64,000 nt of DNA from the human T2T-CHM13v2.0 reference genome, Homo sapiens: assembly GCF_009914755.1 (NCBI RefSeq), contig NC_060932.1; one strand, given 5' to 3'. A program made the translations under genes and the position numbers. Below are positions 41,001 to 54,030 of the stretch, piece after piece. Within the stretch, counting starts at the first letter, position 1. Every line of letters starts with the position of its first letter. The notes below the pieces were generated by a model. That model saw nothing but the letters and a program-made list of their open reading frames with translations, did not search any database and was not told the origin of the DNA.

Positions 41001-41929
41001 CCTATTAGCCCTCTGATACTGGTTACTCAGACAAATGAGATGTGTACATATGTTTTTATCCTTGCCTGCAGCATACAGGCCCTCTGTCTGTGGAAGTAAA
41101 GGGAATGAAGAGGCATAAAGCTGTTTATCTAGGGTTTGAAGGGCCATCCTGGTGGGGGTATCACCCAATTTCATTGAGATGGCCACATTTTCCCATGAGC
41201 GGCCTTTGCTAGGATGAGAAATTCTCATGAATAATTATGACAGTGCAACAGGAAGATGAATGGCTGTTCCAAGGGAGGCATCACACAGGAAGACTTTTTT
41301 AAGAACGCATCATATGAATGTTATAAATAAAACTAAGAGAAAAGCTGACGATTTTATCAGTTGTATTAAATTGTAATAGTTCATTAAATAATATCTCAGA
41401 ATTGCTTTAGGTGCCAATTAGCTGATCCCCTCCCAACAACAATGGAAACAAGACTGCTGTTGAGCAAGACGTAGGCATAGCAAATAGTAAGTGCTGAATG
41501 GTTCCAAAACAGCCCTGGGGTGGAAGAACACTATTAACTGTAAAATAGCCAAATTAAAAATCATTGAAAGTTAGATTTCAATATGGTATTTTCTTTTTCA
41601 AGAGAAAGCATGAAATTACATTAAGGCTCATGTTGATTACTCAAAACAGAGAAATAAGGATCTCTTCTTTTGTACAGCAGTGTGTTTGCTGAGTACAAGC
41701 CTTCATTTTCCGCTACATTTCTCTGCCTCAGTACATAATTGTTGCCTTGTATGCCAGTTATTCCACACGTATTGAAGTACACCAAGGTGGTGAGCTAATC
41801 CTTCGGTTTAATGCAGTATTATGCTTAGAGTAAGATTCACAAATATTTTGAGTGAAGAAATGAATAAAGCTCCAAATTGGATGATTAAAATCACCTTGTA
41901 TTCTTACAAGGGAATTGGTTAAACACAAA

Positions 41930-42325
41930 ACACACTCAGTTAATGTTCAACTTCATGGGTAATCAGGAAATGCACATTAAATCATCTATGATACATCACT
42001 TTTCACCTAACACACACTGCAGTGAATTGTAAATTGCTACAACCTTTCTAGAAAGCAATTTGGCAAAATATATCAAGAGCTCAAAAGAGTTCATACCCTT
42101 TGTCAGGATAATAACACATCCAAGAATCTATTCTAAGGAAATAATCAGCGACACAAAGATTTTTGTACATCGTCTTGTAGCTGTAGCACTATTTATAATT
42201 GTAAAGATATTACGATTTTGAAACAATGTCTGAAAATAGAATTGTTGCATTTCTATGATTAAAGGGCTATGATTAAATGCTGTGACACCAATAATAATCA
42301 CGTTTGAAGAACATTTAATCACCTG
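41930..42325 (+). mobile_element. L1ME-like 3' fragment
   Basis: 'tgtaaattgctacaacctttctagaaagcaatttggcaaaatatatcaagagc'. Confidence 0.7.
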
Positions 42326-42949
42326 CAGAAAGGTTCAAGTTCGGTTTTGTATTCTGGTTGTGTGTATGTGAGAGAGAGAGAGAGAGAGAGAGAAATGCTT
42401 AGAAAACTCCTCCTGGTATAGAAAAAAAAAGGAAGCTGTATAAAATATATAACCAGAAATATTTGTAATGCATGATGGAGCTTCTGACAAGGAAAAAGAA
42501 AACCTTAGAAGTCTAAAAGGGCAAGAAAAGCAGAAATTATGCGGCAAGTAGGCACAGGGGTTAGTATTTTACCTGGGGGATGCCTTGAGTGGGTTTAATA
42601 AGTCCTGCGTAGGGGATAGGAAATAAACCATGGTGCTGTTAGGGCTAAAAGTCAAATCAGAGACCCTCATAGAAAGAGTGGAAGTGCTACAGGGCAACAC
42701 CTACCGTAGGTAGTAGATAGAGAAAACACTTCAGAGAGAGATGGTACAGTTTATGTTTATCTTATGTTGAGTTTGAGTAAAGAAGAAGAAAACTGGAAGA
42801 AAAAAAACTCTTTTCCCAGGTGAAGGTATAAACTTTGCTTACGCTTATCTGGAGTTGAGGCCTGTGTTTATATTACATGTAAATGAGTCTCCAAATTCCC
42901 AAGATAGAAATTTAGTTGAAGTGTTATAGGTTGGTAATGCCCTTAAAGG

Positions 42950-43480
42950 CCAATGTTTTATTTGCTGTCTCTTCACTCTGTCCTGAGGGAGGGTTTCCCA
43001 ACCTAGGGTTATGAAGACGGCTGAACACACCACACTCCACCCTGGACAGAAGAGATCGATAGCAGTTTATTAATCACACACACGCACAGCCTGGGGGAGG
43101 AAGACCTCGTGCCATGCAGGGTCACAAGGGGGTTGTCCTTGCAGAGTGAACACAGAGTGGCTACGGGAGGCAGTCTTTGTAGTATTAAGAGGATGAGGTG
43201 ACCCCTGCTTCATGTGAGAGATTGTGGTTGGTTGGTTTGAATCATTCCGCAGACTGGCAGGAAACTGAAGCCTGCCATTCAGGGGTAAGCGGGCCTTGTG
43301 CTTGGTCTCTATGAGAAGTACAGTTTTTTTTTTTGTTTTGTTTTGTTTTTTTTTTGGCTAGGGGACCTTATCCATATTATCCATAGGAGTAGAATTGGGA
43401 AGGGAGTGTTACAGTTTGGCCATCTGTGGTCCTCCAAGTTTCAGGTGACAAGGCAGCACGTAATACAGAATCTTAATTTC
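42950..43480 (-). mobile_element. ERVL-class LTR (MER74/MER54/LTR53-like)
   Basis: 'agcagtttattaatcaca', 'tggttggtttgaatcattccgc', 'ggaaactgaagcctgccattcagggg'. Confidence 0.55.
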
Positions 43481-43491
43481 AGGTCTTAGAG

Positions 43492-43835
43492 CAGGGGTCT
43501 GGAACTCCCGGGCCGCGGACCGGTACCCTTCTGTCGGCTGGTTAGGATCCTGCTGCACAACAGGAGGTGAGCAGCGGCCAGCCAGCATTACTGCCTGGGC
43601 TCCGCCTCTTGTCAGATCAGCGGTGGCCTTCTGATAGGAGCATGATAGATAGGAGCGTGATTCTGATAGGAGCGTGAACCCTGTTGTGCATGCGAGGGAT
43701 CTAGGCTGCACGCTTTTTATGAGAATCTAACTAATGTCTGATGATCTGAGGTGGAACAGTTTCATCCTGAAACCACCCCCGCGTCCCCCAAACCCACCAG
43801 CCACCAACTTCATGGAAAAAGGTTGGAGACTGCTG
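43492..43835 (+). mobile_element. MER1B hAT-Charlie MITE
   Basis: TIRs CAGGGGTC.../...GGAGACTGCTG; 'gatctgaggtggaacagtttcatcc'. Confidence 0.88.
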
Positions 43836-43899
43836 CCTTACACCACATTCAGAAGAAGCAAGAGCAAAACCCCTCTGAAGAGATGCATTTCAAAAGTAC

Positions 43900-44780
43900 C
43901 CTCAAGGAATTCCCACAGCTGAAATTCTAAGAAACATCTCCAGACATATTAAAAACCAAGCTGCCTGAGTGAGTCACACTAAGCATAAAACTACCGAATC
44001 AGATCTTTAATCACTAGTTGTTAGAATTATCTGATAAAAATATTGAAAAATATGTTTAAGATATCTTTTTTAAAAGATAATATTAAAAGCATGACCAAAA
44101 AAAATGAGACTACAAAAATTGACTAGAAAGATTTGATTTAAAAATAGAGATGAAATTTGAGACTATGAATGAAATTAGAGACTAATAGACTGGTTAAACA
44201 GTAAATTTAAAGCAGTTGTAAAAAGAAGTAGCAATCTGGAAGAGCCATCTGAAAAAATGGGAGGTTAAGAGACTTGTAAGACAGAAGGAGACACTCCAAT
44301 AAAATAAACTGTCAATCCTGAATTATCTTTCAAGATAATCCTGAATTATCTTTCAAGATAATCCTGAATTATCTTTTAAGAATGAAGGTTTTTTTTTAAA
44401 AGACATTTTAGGCCAATAAAAATGAAAAGGTTTTATTGCTAACAAGAATAAACCAGAAAGAAAAATCATATATTTCAGGTAGAAGGAAAATGATCTCAGA
44501 AGGATGATGAGATAAAAGGAGGTATTTTCCTGAATTAACAGAGCAAACATATAGGATGAGGAAAGAAGCCACAAAATACTTAATACATCTAAAATAACTC
44601 CATGAAAAATTTTTAAAAAATACAAATATTTATCCAGAAACTGTCAGACTTTAAACAAAGTGATAGGCAATAAAGTAAACTGTGATAAAGTAGAACACCT
44701 GAAACGTAAGGACGAAGAAGGATGAAAAATATGTAGCAGGAATGTCCAACAGTGCCAAGAAACTGTTGATCTGCTCTCAG
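43900..44780 (+). mobile_element. Old L1M 5'/ORF1 remnants
   Basis: A-rich strand, 'aatcctgaattatctttcaaga...tgaagg...aaagacatttt', 'caggtagaaggaaaatgatctcagaagga'. Confidence 0.5.
44314..44382. repeat. 23-bp tandem repeat x3 (AATCCTGAATTATCTTTCAAGAT)
   Basis: Copies at 44314, 44337, 44360. Confidence 0.9.
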
Positions 44781-44829
44781 CTCGATCTGTTCTTCACTTT
44801 TTCCCTCTGCTCTGCTATTTATTACATAA

Positions 44830-45316
44830 ATTGTTACAGGAATTGGCTCATGTGATTGGCTCATGTGACTATGGAGGGCAAGAAGTCCCACCATCTGCCT
44901 TCTGCAAGTTGAAGTACCAGGAAACTCCCTGGTGTAATTCAGCTGGAAGCCGAAGGCCTGCGAATGGTGGTGGGGGCAGGGTGGTGGCAGTGATAGGCCT
45001 CAGGTATAAGTCCCAGAGTCTGAAGATCCGAGAACTGGGAGCTTCCATGTTCCAGGGCAGGAGATGATGGGTGTTCCAACTCAAGAAGGGAGAGAGAATT
45101 TACCCTTCTTTCACATTTTTGTTCTATTCTGACATTTAATGGATTGGATGATGCCCACCTACATTGATGAGAGTACATTATCTATACTCAGTCTACTGAG
45201 GCAAATACCATTCTCCTCTGGAAACACTCTCACAGACCCTCCCAGAAATAATGTTTTACTAGCTTCCTGGGTATCCCTTAACCCAGTGAAATTGACATGT
45301 AAAAGAAATAATCACA
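44830..45316 (-). mobile_element. MLT2B-like ERVL LTR
   Basis: 'ggaattggctcatgtgatt...agaagtcccaccatctgcc', 'ggattggatgatgcccacctacattg', 'cccagaaataatgtttta'. Confidence 0.85.
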
Positions 45317-45416
45317 ACTGTCCATTTAAATCACTGTGGAATGAATTGAAATTTGAAAATTTTGTTTGCTACCTAAATTTTTGTAAATGTTCTATGTACT
45401 TTTGAAAACAAAATAT

Positions 45417-45625
45417 AATCATGTGCTGCATAATACTGTTTAGGTCAACTATGGATGACATATACAATGGTGGTCCCATGAGATTACGATACTGTATCTT
45501 TACTGTACTTTTCTGTTTAAATATGTTTATATACACAAATACTTATGATCGTGTTACAATTGCCTACAGTATTCAGTACAGTAACATGCTATGCAGGTTT
45601 GTAGCTATGTGTATAGGCTATGTGC
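45417..45625 (+). mobile_element. Tigger3/MER7 fragment
   Basis: 'atatacaatggtggtcccatgagatta', 'gtgttacaattgcctacagtattcagtacagtaacatgct'. Confidence 0.8.
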
Positions 45626-46089
45626 TGCTAGCTGCAAAACTGTATGAGGTTAGCAGAGTATAAAATTCAATACAGACATAAATTACAAAGCCAAATTCTG
45701 TCTGCACTGTTTACCTTTTTGATCTAACAAAGGTCAAGAGAACCATGTTAAAGTCTCCTACAAAATTTGGTTTTCTAGTTTCTTTTTCTAAGACGAGAGT
45801 CTTAAATACCATGACAGTATGTTATTCAGTATACAGTATATCTTGTGTATAATTGTTACACATTATTTGATAATTATATACCTCTTGCTGCTTTGATAAT
45901 TTTAGTTGTGAATTATGATTTGTCTGAAATTAATAATGTCATTAGCTTTCTTTTATGTTTACATATACCTTATTCTCTTTATATCATTTGTCTAAGGCAT
46001 ATCTCTGATAAGCATCATAGACTAATTTTTTGTCTTTTTTTTGAGCTAAGGTATCACTCTGTTGCCCAGGATGAAGTGGAGTGGCATAT

Positions 46090-46745
46090 GTCATCATATT
46101 TGTTGATTCATTCATCCACGGATGGACATTGGGGCTGTTTCCACATTTAGGTTAATGTGACTGGTGCTGCTGTGAACATGTGTGCACAAGTACTAGTTTG
46201 AGGCCCTGTTTCAATTCTTTTGGGCCTATACTTAGGAGTATAGTTGGAAGTCATATGGTAATTCTATTTAACATTTTGAGGAACTGCCAAACTGTTTTCC
46301 ACAGTGGCAGTGCCAATTTACATTACCAGCAGCAATACACAAGGGTTCCAATTTCTCTAGCTCTTCACCAACACTTATTTTCCATTAAAAAAATAAAAAA
46401 GACACCTAGTGGGTGTGAAGTATTACCTCACTGTGGCTTTGATTTGCAATCCTTAAAGACTAATGATGTTGAATAGCTTTTTATATGCTTATTGGCCATT
46501 TGTATATCTTCTTTGGGGAAATGGCTATCTGAGTCTATTGCACAATTTTAAAATTGGATTATTTTCCTATTTGTTATTGAGTTGTAAGAATTCTTTATAA
46601 ATTCTGGATACTAGACCCTTGGCAGATTTAAGACACAATTTTTTTTTCCCCATTTTGTAGTATGTCTTTTAACTTTCTTCATAATGTCTTTTGATACACA
46701 AAATTTTAAGCTTTGATGATGTTCGCTTTATTTTATTTTTTGGTT
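46090..46745 (-). mobile_element. L1MA/MB-like 3' fragment, preceded by a short Alu piece (46028-46087)
   Basis: 'ttttgaggaactgccaaactgttttccacagtggc', 'ttggccatttgtatatcttctttggggaaatg'. Confidence 0.82.
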
Positions 46746-47181
46746 GTGTGTGTGTCAACTCTAGCTAGCCTCATTTTTAAACCCTAGAAATGATGCTGTG
46801 ACTCTGTCTTTTGAACTTAATACGCTAGAGGCAGTAATTTTTCTTTGAGCTAAGTGATCTGTGCATTGAGTTAAAGATAATGGAATTTGTGATTCCCTTT
46901 GATGGAAACAGTCACTTCCTTTTGGTGACAAACCTGAAAACAGATGTTCCACTGTGCAGTTTAATGGCTCTTTCTAGTTAACGTATTATGCATTCCCCTG
47001 GAAGCAATGAGTTAGAAATTATTCTTTTCTCAGTTCATTGTCACTATCACCTATGCTTTACTCTGCAGACATATATACAATGTTCTATGGGATGTCAAAG
47101 AAGAAATACATTATTCTGCCTAGGAAAATGAATTAAAATTTTAATTCATTTTGTAATAAAATGAATTAAAATTTTAAGGTT

Positions 47182-47510
<329 letters not shown>

Positions 47511-47659
47511 TCAACAAACTTTGGAAGGTCATCTTATTTGAGTGCGTACTTGAGTGAAGCAATGAAAGTTTTCCTCTTTGATGTGTATGATTCTTTTCAA
47601 CTTTGTTCTTCTGGAATGATAGATGATTCACACTCAATTTGGATGAGAATGAGTGCAGT

Positions 47660-48145
47660 AACATTCATTTCACTCATTCAACAAACAGATACTGAGGGCC
47701 TACATGTCCCAGACTCTGCTCCAAGTGCTGGGGATGCAACAGTGACCACCATAGACAGAGTCCTTTCTGTTACAGAGCTTGCATTATAGTCAGGAAGACA
47801 CACAGTAATCAACTAACAATGACACACAGTAATTTCAGATAATGACAAGTAAGGAAAATGGAACTTGAAAATGTGATATGAGAGGGGACACACATTTTAA
47901 TAATGTGGTCAAAGAAGCCCTCTGTGAAGAGGTGATATTTGAGCTGAGGTTTGGTTAATGAAAAAAAGCTAGCCATGTAAGAATCTGAGAGAAAGGGATG
48001 TGATTTTGGAATGAGCTAAGGAAGTTTAAAGTAAAGCAAGGAAAGTGTGCTGAAGTTGGCTGTGCAGGTGGGAGATTGTGGGCAGATGAGGCTGGTTAGG
48101 TGGGCAGGGGCTAGAACTTCTACAGCTTTGTGGCCCATGGTGAAG
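47660..48145 (-). mobile_element. L2 3' region
   Basis: 'cattcatttcactcattcaacaaacagatactgagggcctac', 'gaggtgatatttgagctgag'. Confidence 0.8.
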
Positions 48146-50089
48146 AGCTACAGCAGCATGGCTCCTCCTCCATCGGCAGCAGTTGGAAGTGGAGCTGGGG
48201 ATTGTGGTGGCCCAGCAAATGGTCTGAGGACAGCTCTGAAGGGGCACCTGCAGCTGAGATAGGAGGTGGCAGCAGCCATCATCAGGCACTCATGGGGAAG
48301 GGAGATGCCAGCAGCCCCCGTCCTCCTGAGTGTGCCTGTCTGCCAGGAGGCAAGAGTTCTATGCAGATTCTTAGGGCAGTCCAGCCAGGGTCAGATTGGA
48401 GTCAAAGCCCTTTGTGAACTTCGTCACTTAATGTTGAATATGATTTTTCTCTTGTATATTGACATATTTTCTGTTCTAGAATATATACTTTTGAAGGCAG
48501 GACTTTGCTTCATTCAGAGCTGTATCGTCAATGCCTGGAATTGTACCTGATTTAATATTTCAATAAATAAATATCAATAAATCTGTATCAAATTAATGAA
48601 TAAAAGAATAATATAGAAAGGGTCCCTGATTTTTCCTATTAGTAACGTGGACTGGGACTACAAGAGTTAACATCACTTTTGAAATGGAGATCCTTCTTTA
48701 ATTTAGCTACATGGTTCCAGATTGCCAATATGTACACAAAACACAGCCAAATGTTTCTTTCTAACCAGTCATATCTTATCAGTGTCAGTTGAACAAAAAG
48801 CCTTTTTGTTGAGATACTTTTCAAGAGAATTTTCTTTTAGTAATAGTGAAAATCTGAAAAAAAATCAACCTCAAGACATTTGTTTGTGTGTGTGTTGAAA
48901 TGTATCAAAGTCTAAGTTTTTGCTTTAGTATAATTATTAATTAAAACTTCCAACTGAGGAAGTCATTTTCCTCCTGTTAAGCATGATTGAATTAGCAAAT
49001 GTAAGGAAAGCACTTAAAACATAATAAGAATGTCATTTGGTTGTTTATTAAGCTTTTGGCTCTGATATGCAGCCCAGAGAAGTCGTTCTCTATCTTCATG
49101 GACAAAAGAACTGAAACTGACAGAACTGGTGATGCATGAAAAAGTCTGTGTCATGCTTTGGTGAAAGCCAGTAACTACATCCAATTTTAGTACTTTTAGG
49201 GGTAGGAGATGATCATTTTCAAGAATAGCTATAAATACTCAGCTCTCTGTTGTCTTAGGCTATATGCCTGCATGTGACATCCAAGGAAGTCAAGATAAGG
49301 ATAAGTAAGATCTTCACTCTTGATCTAAATGACAGAAGAGTTACATGTCTGAACCACTAAGAAACACTTACATTGTTGTTCAGTAAGATAACGCTTGTAC
49401 ATTTTTAGCATTTCTGCCTTTAGCCAGATCACTTACAAAATCATATGCTGTCAAAAACAAAAATGAAAATTCCATTAATGACTGCCATTTGAAAGGTTTG
49501 TAGTATTATTTTCAGCACTAATATTAACTGGAAGTCTGCTCAGAAAAGCATGTATTTTTGATACATTTAAAAAATGTACATTTTTATTTATTCTTTTAAT
49601 ACATGCATTCATGTCATACAAGTAAATATTAAATGAACCTTAGTTGAAAATGATACTAAAACAAACAAAATTTTAGATATGAAAAACACTTTCATGATTG
49701 TGATGCTGGTCTTATTATATAAAGTGCTTGCTAAGAATAAAAATGAAAATCAAACCAATTGTGGAAAAGCAGATGTTTTGAAAAAATGTATAAACTTGGT
49801 AAAAAAAATTTTAACTTAGATTGGGTGCTGAAATTAACACAGAAGTGAAATGTTCTTTCAAATATTTTAGAATGTTTTCTAATAATAAATGTGGTCCCTA
49901 TTACAGAGCCTCTCTTTCAGCATTGTATCAGTATGGATCATGATGAAGTCAAGAAAATACATAATAATCGCAGGCAAGAAAAAAGTGAAAGCACTCACTA
50001 TATTGTTAGTAAGTCTATACTGAGAAAAAATTTTAGTGGTGGAATTCCTTATTTTAAATTTTAATGTTGGGGGGAAAGGTTACTACTTA

Positions 50090-50625
50090 CCGAAATGTAT
50101 TTGAATCTGTCTAATTCTATTTCCATGACCAAAAGCCTCATCCAAGCCATTCCCACCTCGATGGCAATAGCCCCCTCGCTCAGCTCTTTCTCACTCTTGT
50201 CTCTCCACCATCCTTTCTCGAAGAGCAACCATAGTGGATCTTTTCAAAACATGGTTCAGAACAAGTCATTCTCCTATTTAAAACTCCCCAGAATGTTCCC
50301 TTTACAGGAGAGACAGACTGAAATCCCTGCCCCTGGCTTCACCTGATGAGGCCCTTGTTGAGCTTTCTTCCTACTACTGTCTTTCCACTCACTAGATTCC
50401 AGTCACATTTCTCTTTTTTAATTCTCAAACAAACTAAACTCTTCCATGCCTCAGGGCCTTTGCACTAGCTGTCACCAAGTCTTCTCAGGGCCTCCTCTTT
50501 CTCGTCATCCTGCTCTTAGCTTAATTATCAACCCTGTAGAGGTTTTCCCTGATCACTCCAACTTACATCACTCCATGGTCATTCTACCACAGCGCTCTGA
50601 GATATTTTCATCACAGCCATGTTGC
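50090..50625 (+). mobile_element. L2 fragment
   Basis: 'tccaagccattcccacctc', 'gcctcagggcctttgcactagctgt'. Confidence 0.75.
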
Positions 50626-51181
50626 TAACTGACTTGTTCTTAACCTTTCTCGTTTACTGTGTGATACACATACATACAAGAATAGGAGTTCTATCAGTAT
50701 GAGAACAATGTCCCTTATGAATCTTTCAATGGCTGCACAATCTGTAGTGATAGCTTCTATTTTATTCCTGATATTAAGATTTGTGCCTTCTCTGTTTTTA
50801 GACTTGTCAGTCATGCTAGAGATTTTGATTAATTTTTTTAAGGCCAGATTTTTATTTCATTAATTTTCTCTATTGTGCCCTTAGATTCAATTGCATTGAT
50901 TTTTGCTCTTATATGTATTATTTCCTCCCTTCTGCTTGCGTTGGGTTTATTTTGCTCTTTTTCTAGTATCTTAGTAGGAACCTGGGTATTAATTTGAGAC
51001 CTTTTCTTTTTTGGAATGTAAATATTTACTGCTCTAAATTTGCCTCCCAGCATCACTTAAGTTTCATCCCACATTTTTTAATAATTTTGTGTTCATTTTC
51101 ATTACTATGTATTTTTAAATTTCTTTTGAGACTTCCTCTTTGGACATAGAGTATTTGGAAGTGTGTCTTTAATTTCTACGT

Positions 51182-51879
51182 TGATATAGTTTGGGTATTC
51201 GTCTCCTCCAAATCTCATGTTGAAATATGATACCTGGCTAGGCATGGTGACTCATGCCTGTAATTCCAGCACTTTGGGATGCCGAGGGGATGGGTCACTT
51301 GAGCCCAGGAGTTTGAGATCAGCCTGGGCAACATAGCAAGACCACATTTCTACAAAAAACACAAAAACTAGCCAGGCATAGTGGCATGTGCCTGTAGTCC
51401 CAGCTACTCAGGAGGTCGAGGCTGCAGTGAGCCATGATCATGCCACTGCACTCCAGCCTGGGCAACAGAGCAAGATCCTGTATCCAAAAAAAAAAAAAAG
51501 ACATTTGATCCCTAATGTTGACAGTGGGGCTAATTGGGAGTTGTTTGGGTCATGCTGGTGGAACCCACATGAATGGCTTGATGCTGTCCTCATGAGTGAG
51601 CTGTCACATCTATTAAATTTCTTGAACATTGACCATTAAAAAGAGCCTGGTACCTCCCTCCCCTCTCTGTTCCTTCCTCTTTCATCCTGTGATACCTGCT
51701 CCTCTCTGCTCGCCTTTGCCTTATGCCATGAGTGGAAGCTTCCTGAGGCCTCACCAGAAGCAGGTGCTGGTGGCATGCTTCCTGTACAGCCTGCAGAACC
51801 ATGAGCCAAATAAACCTCTTTTCTTTATGAATTACTCAGCCTCAGGTATTCCTTATAGCAACACAAATGGACTAAGACA
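51182..51879 (+). mobile_element. MSTB-like MaLR solo LTR with nested AluJ (51236-51499)
   Basis: TG...CA ends, 'cagcctgcagaaccatgagccaaataaacctcttttc'; TSD TACGT/CATGT; Alu TSD gaaatatgatacct / gacatttgatccct. Confidence 0.88.
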
Positions 51880-51972
51880 CATGTGCGTAGACATTTTTCT
51901 GTTGTCTTTCTAGTTATTGCTTTCTAGTTCCATCCTACCATGATCCGAGTACATACGCTGTATAATTTCAAT

Positions 51973-52114
51973 ATTTATTTATTTATTTATTTATTTTAGA
52001 GATGGGATCTGGTTGTTTTGTCCAGGCTGCTCTTTAACTCCTGGGCTCAAGCAATGCTCCCACGTCAGCCTCCTCAGTAGCTTGGATTGCAGGTGCATTC
52101 CACGGTGTCTGGCT
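51973..52114 (-). mobile_element. Alu monomer (FLAM-like) with (TTTA)n tail
   Basis: Single arm 'aactcctgggctcaagcaatgctcccacgtcagcctcc'. Confidence 0.8.
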
Positions 52115-53659
52115 GTATTTACCTTTATTGAGGTTCATTTTATGGTCCAGAATATGTTATCTTGGTGAATGTTTCATGGGCTTTTGAAAAAAAAGTGCAC
52201 TCTGTTATTATTGTTTGCAGTGTTCTATATGTTTCAACTAGTTGCTGTTGGTTGATTGCATTGTTCATGTTTTTTGTATCCTTGCTAATTTTCGTCTGGT
52301 AGTTCTATCAGTAGCTCAGTGGGATAGAAAGTCCCCAACTGTAATTGTTGGTTTGTCTCTTTCTCTTTTCAGTTCTATTTGTTTTTGCTTCATGTATTTT
52401 GAGGCTCTGTTGTTGAATGTGTACATATTATGTTTTCCTGGTGGACTGATTCTTTTATCATTGCGCAATGTTCCTCTGTCTCTGGTAATTTTCTTTGTTC
52501 TGAATTCTGCTTTATCAGCTATTAAATAGTCAATCCTGGTTTTTTTGATAACAGCTTTATTGAGATATAATTTACATATCATACAATTAACTAAAATTAA
52601 CTCAAAATGTATAATTCAATAGTTTTTAGTATTATATTCATAGTGTTGTGCAACTATTATCACTATCAAGTTTAGAACATTATCATTGCTCTAAAAGGAA
52701 TTTCTATATTCTTTAGCTTTTAACCCCAATTCCTTCTTTCTCTTCCCTAGTCCACCCCAGCCACTAACCTACTTTCTGTCTCTATGGATTTGTCTTCTGG
52801 ACATTTCATATAATTGGAATAATAGAATATATAGTCTTTTGTGACTAGTTTCCTTCACTTAGCACAATGTTTTCAAGGTTTATCCATGTTGTAGCATGGT
52901 ATGATTTATATTCATGACTGAATATTATTCCATTGTATGGATATACCGTATTTTGTTTATTCATTCATCAGTTGATGGACATTTGTGGTGTTTCTGTCAT
53001 TTGGCTATTATGAATAACATGCCTATGTACATTCATACACAAGTTGTGTGAACATGTGTTTTCATTCTCTTGGGTATGTATCTGGGAATAGAATTGTTGT
53101 GTCAAAGGGAAATGTTATGTTTAATATTTTGGGGAACTGCCAGAATATTTTCCAAAGCACCTGCAACATTTTACTTTCACACTAGCATTAGCTACCTTTC
53201 AGCTGATGAGAGTGCAACCCTTAAACTACGTACTGGAGATGGTGGAGATGCAACATGAAACAGGGTGGATTGGACAACCCATCCTCCACCCCTCATATAC
53301 CCACATTGAAATACACCAAGGCTGTTATTTTCAGCCATTAGCCGACTCAGAATAATAGATGGTTTATTGTTTATCCAGATGCTCCCATAATTATTATGTA
53401 TTTGGGCATATAATCTATGGTTCTGAAGAGTACCAAATGACCGTGATTCACATCTCTTATACTTTTGGTAACTCTTACATGAGTTAAAGCCATAAATATT
53501 TATTTATTCTTAATTTTATGTGGAATTAACCCCCAAATTCCATATAGGAAGGGTGCATTTTCTACGTAGTTTTCACCTTGTAAATAGTACAGAAAATGTC
53601 ATAAACAACATTTGTGTTCATTAATTTTACCCTGACTTCTCTGTAGATGCCAAGACTCA

Positions 53660-53706
53660 ATTTCTTCTTTTTCTTTCTTTCTCTTTCTTTCTTTCTTTCT
53701 TTCTTT

Positions 53707-53770
<64 letters not shown>

Positions 53771-54030
53771 TTCTTTCTTTTTCTTTCTTTCTTTCTTTTT
53801 CTTTCTTCTTTCTCTTTCTTTCTCTCTCTCTCTTTTTCCTTCCTTCCTTCTTTCCTTCCTTCCTTTCTTTCTCTCTCTCTTTCTTTCTTTTTATATATAT
53901 ATGTATATTTTTATTATACTTTAAGTTCTAGGGTACATGTGCACAACGTACAGGTTTGTTACATATCTCTTTCTTTCTCTCTCCCTCCCTCTTCCTTTCT
54001 TTCTTTTCTTTTCTTTCTTTCTTTCTTTTT
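53660..54030. repeat. (TTTC)n / CT-rich homopyrimidine tract, split by an L1PA tail
   Basis: Read directly. Confidence 0.92.
53890..53965 (-). mobile_element. Extremely 5'-truncated L1PA 3' end (~60 bp)
   Basis: 'ttattatactttaagttctagggtacatgtgcacaacgtacaggtttgttacat'. Confidence 0.85.

Larger units (their letters stand above)
50700..53190 (-). mobile_element. Old L1M segments, interrupted by MSTB, Alus and a second L1MB 3' end (52548-53190)
   Basis: Minus-strand ORFs 50838-51056 and 52316-52582 translate to L1 ORF2 endonuclease-like peptides (FRAVNIYI, NNRASKYMKQKQIELK, TITVGDF). Confidence 0.82.

Noticed and set aside
44314-44382. CRISPR-like direct repeats
   Set aside because: Head-to-tail with no spacers, eukaryotic context, no cas genes
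53647-53931. Phe/Ser/Leu-rich 94-aa 'membrane' ORF
   Set aside because: Translation of the (TTTC)n repeat
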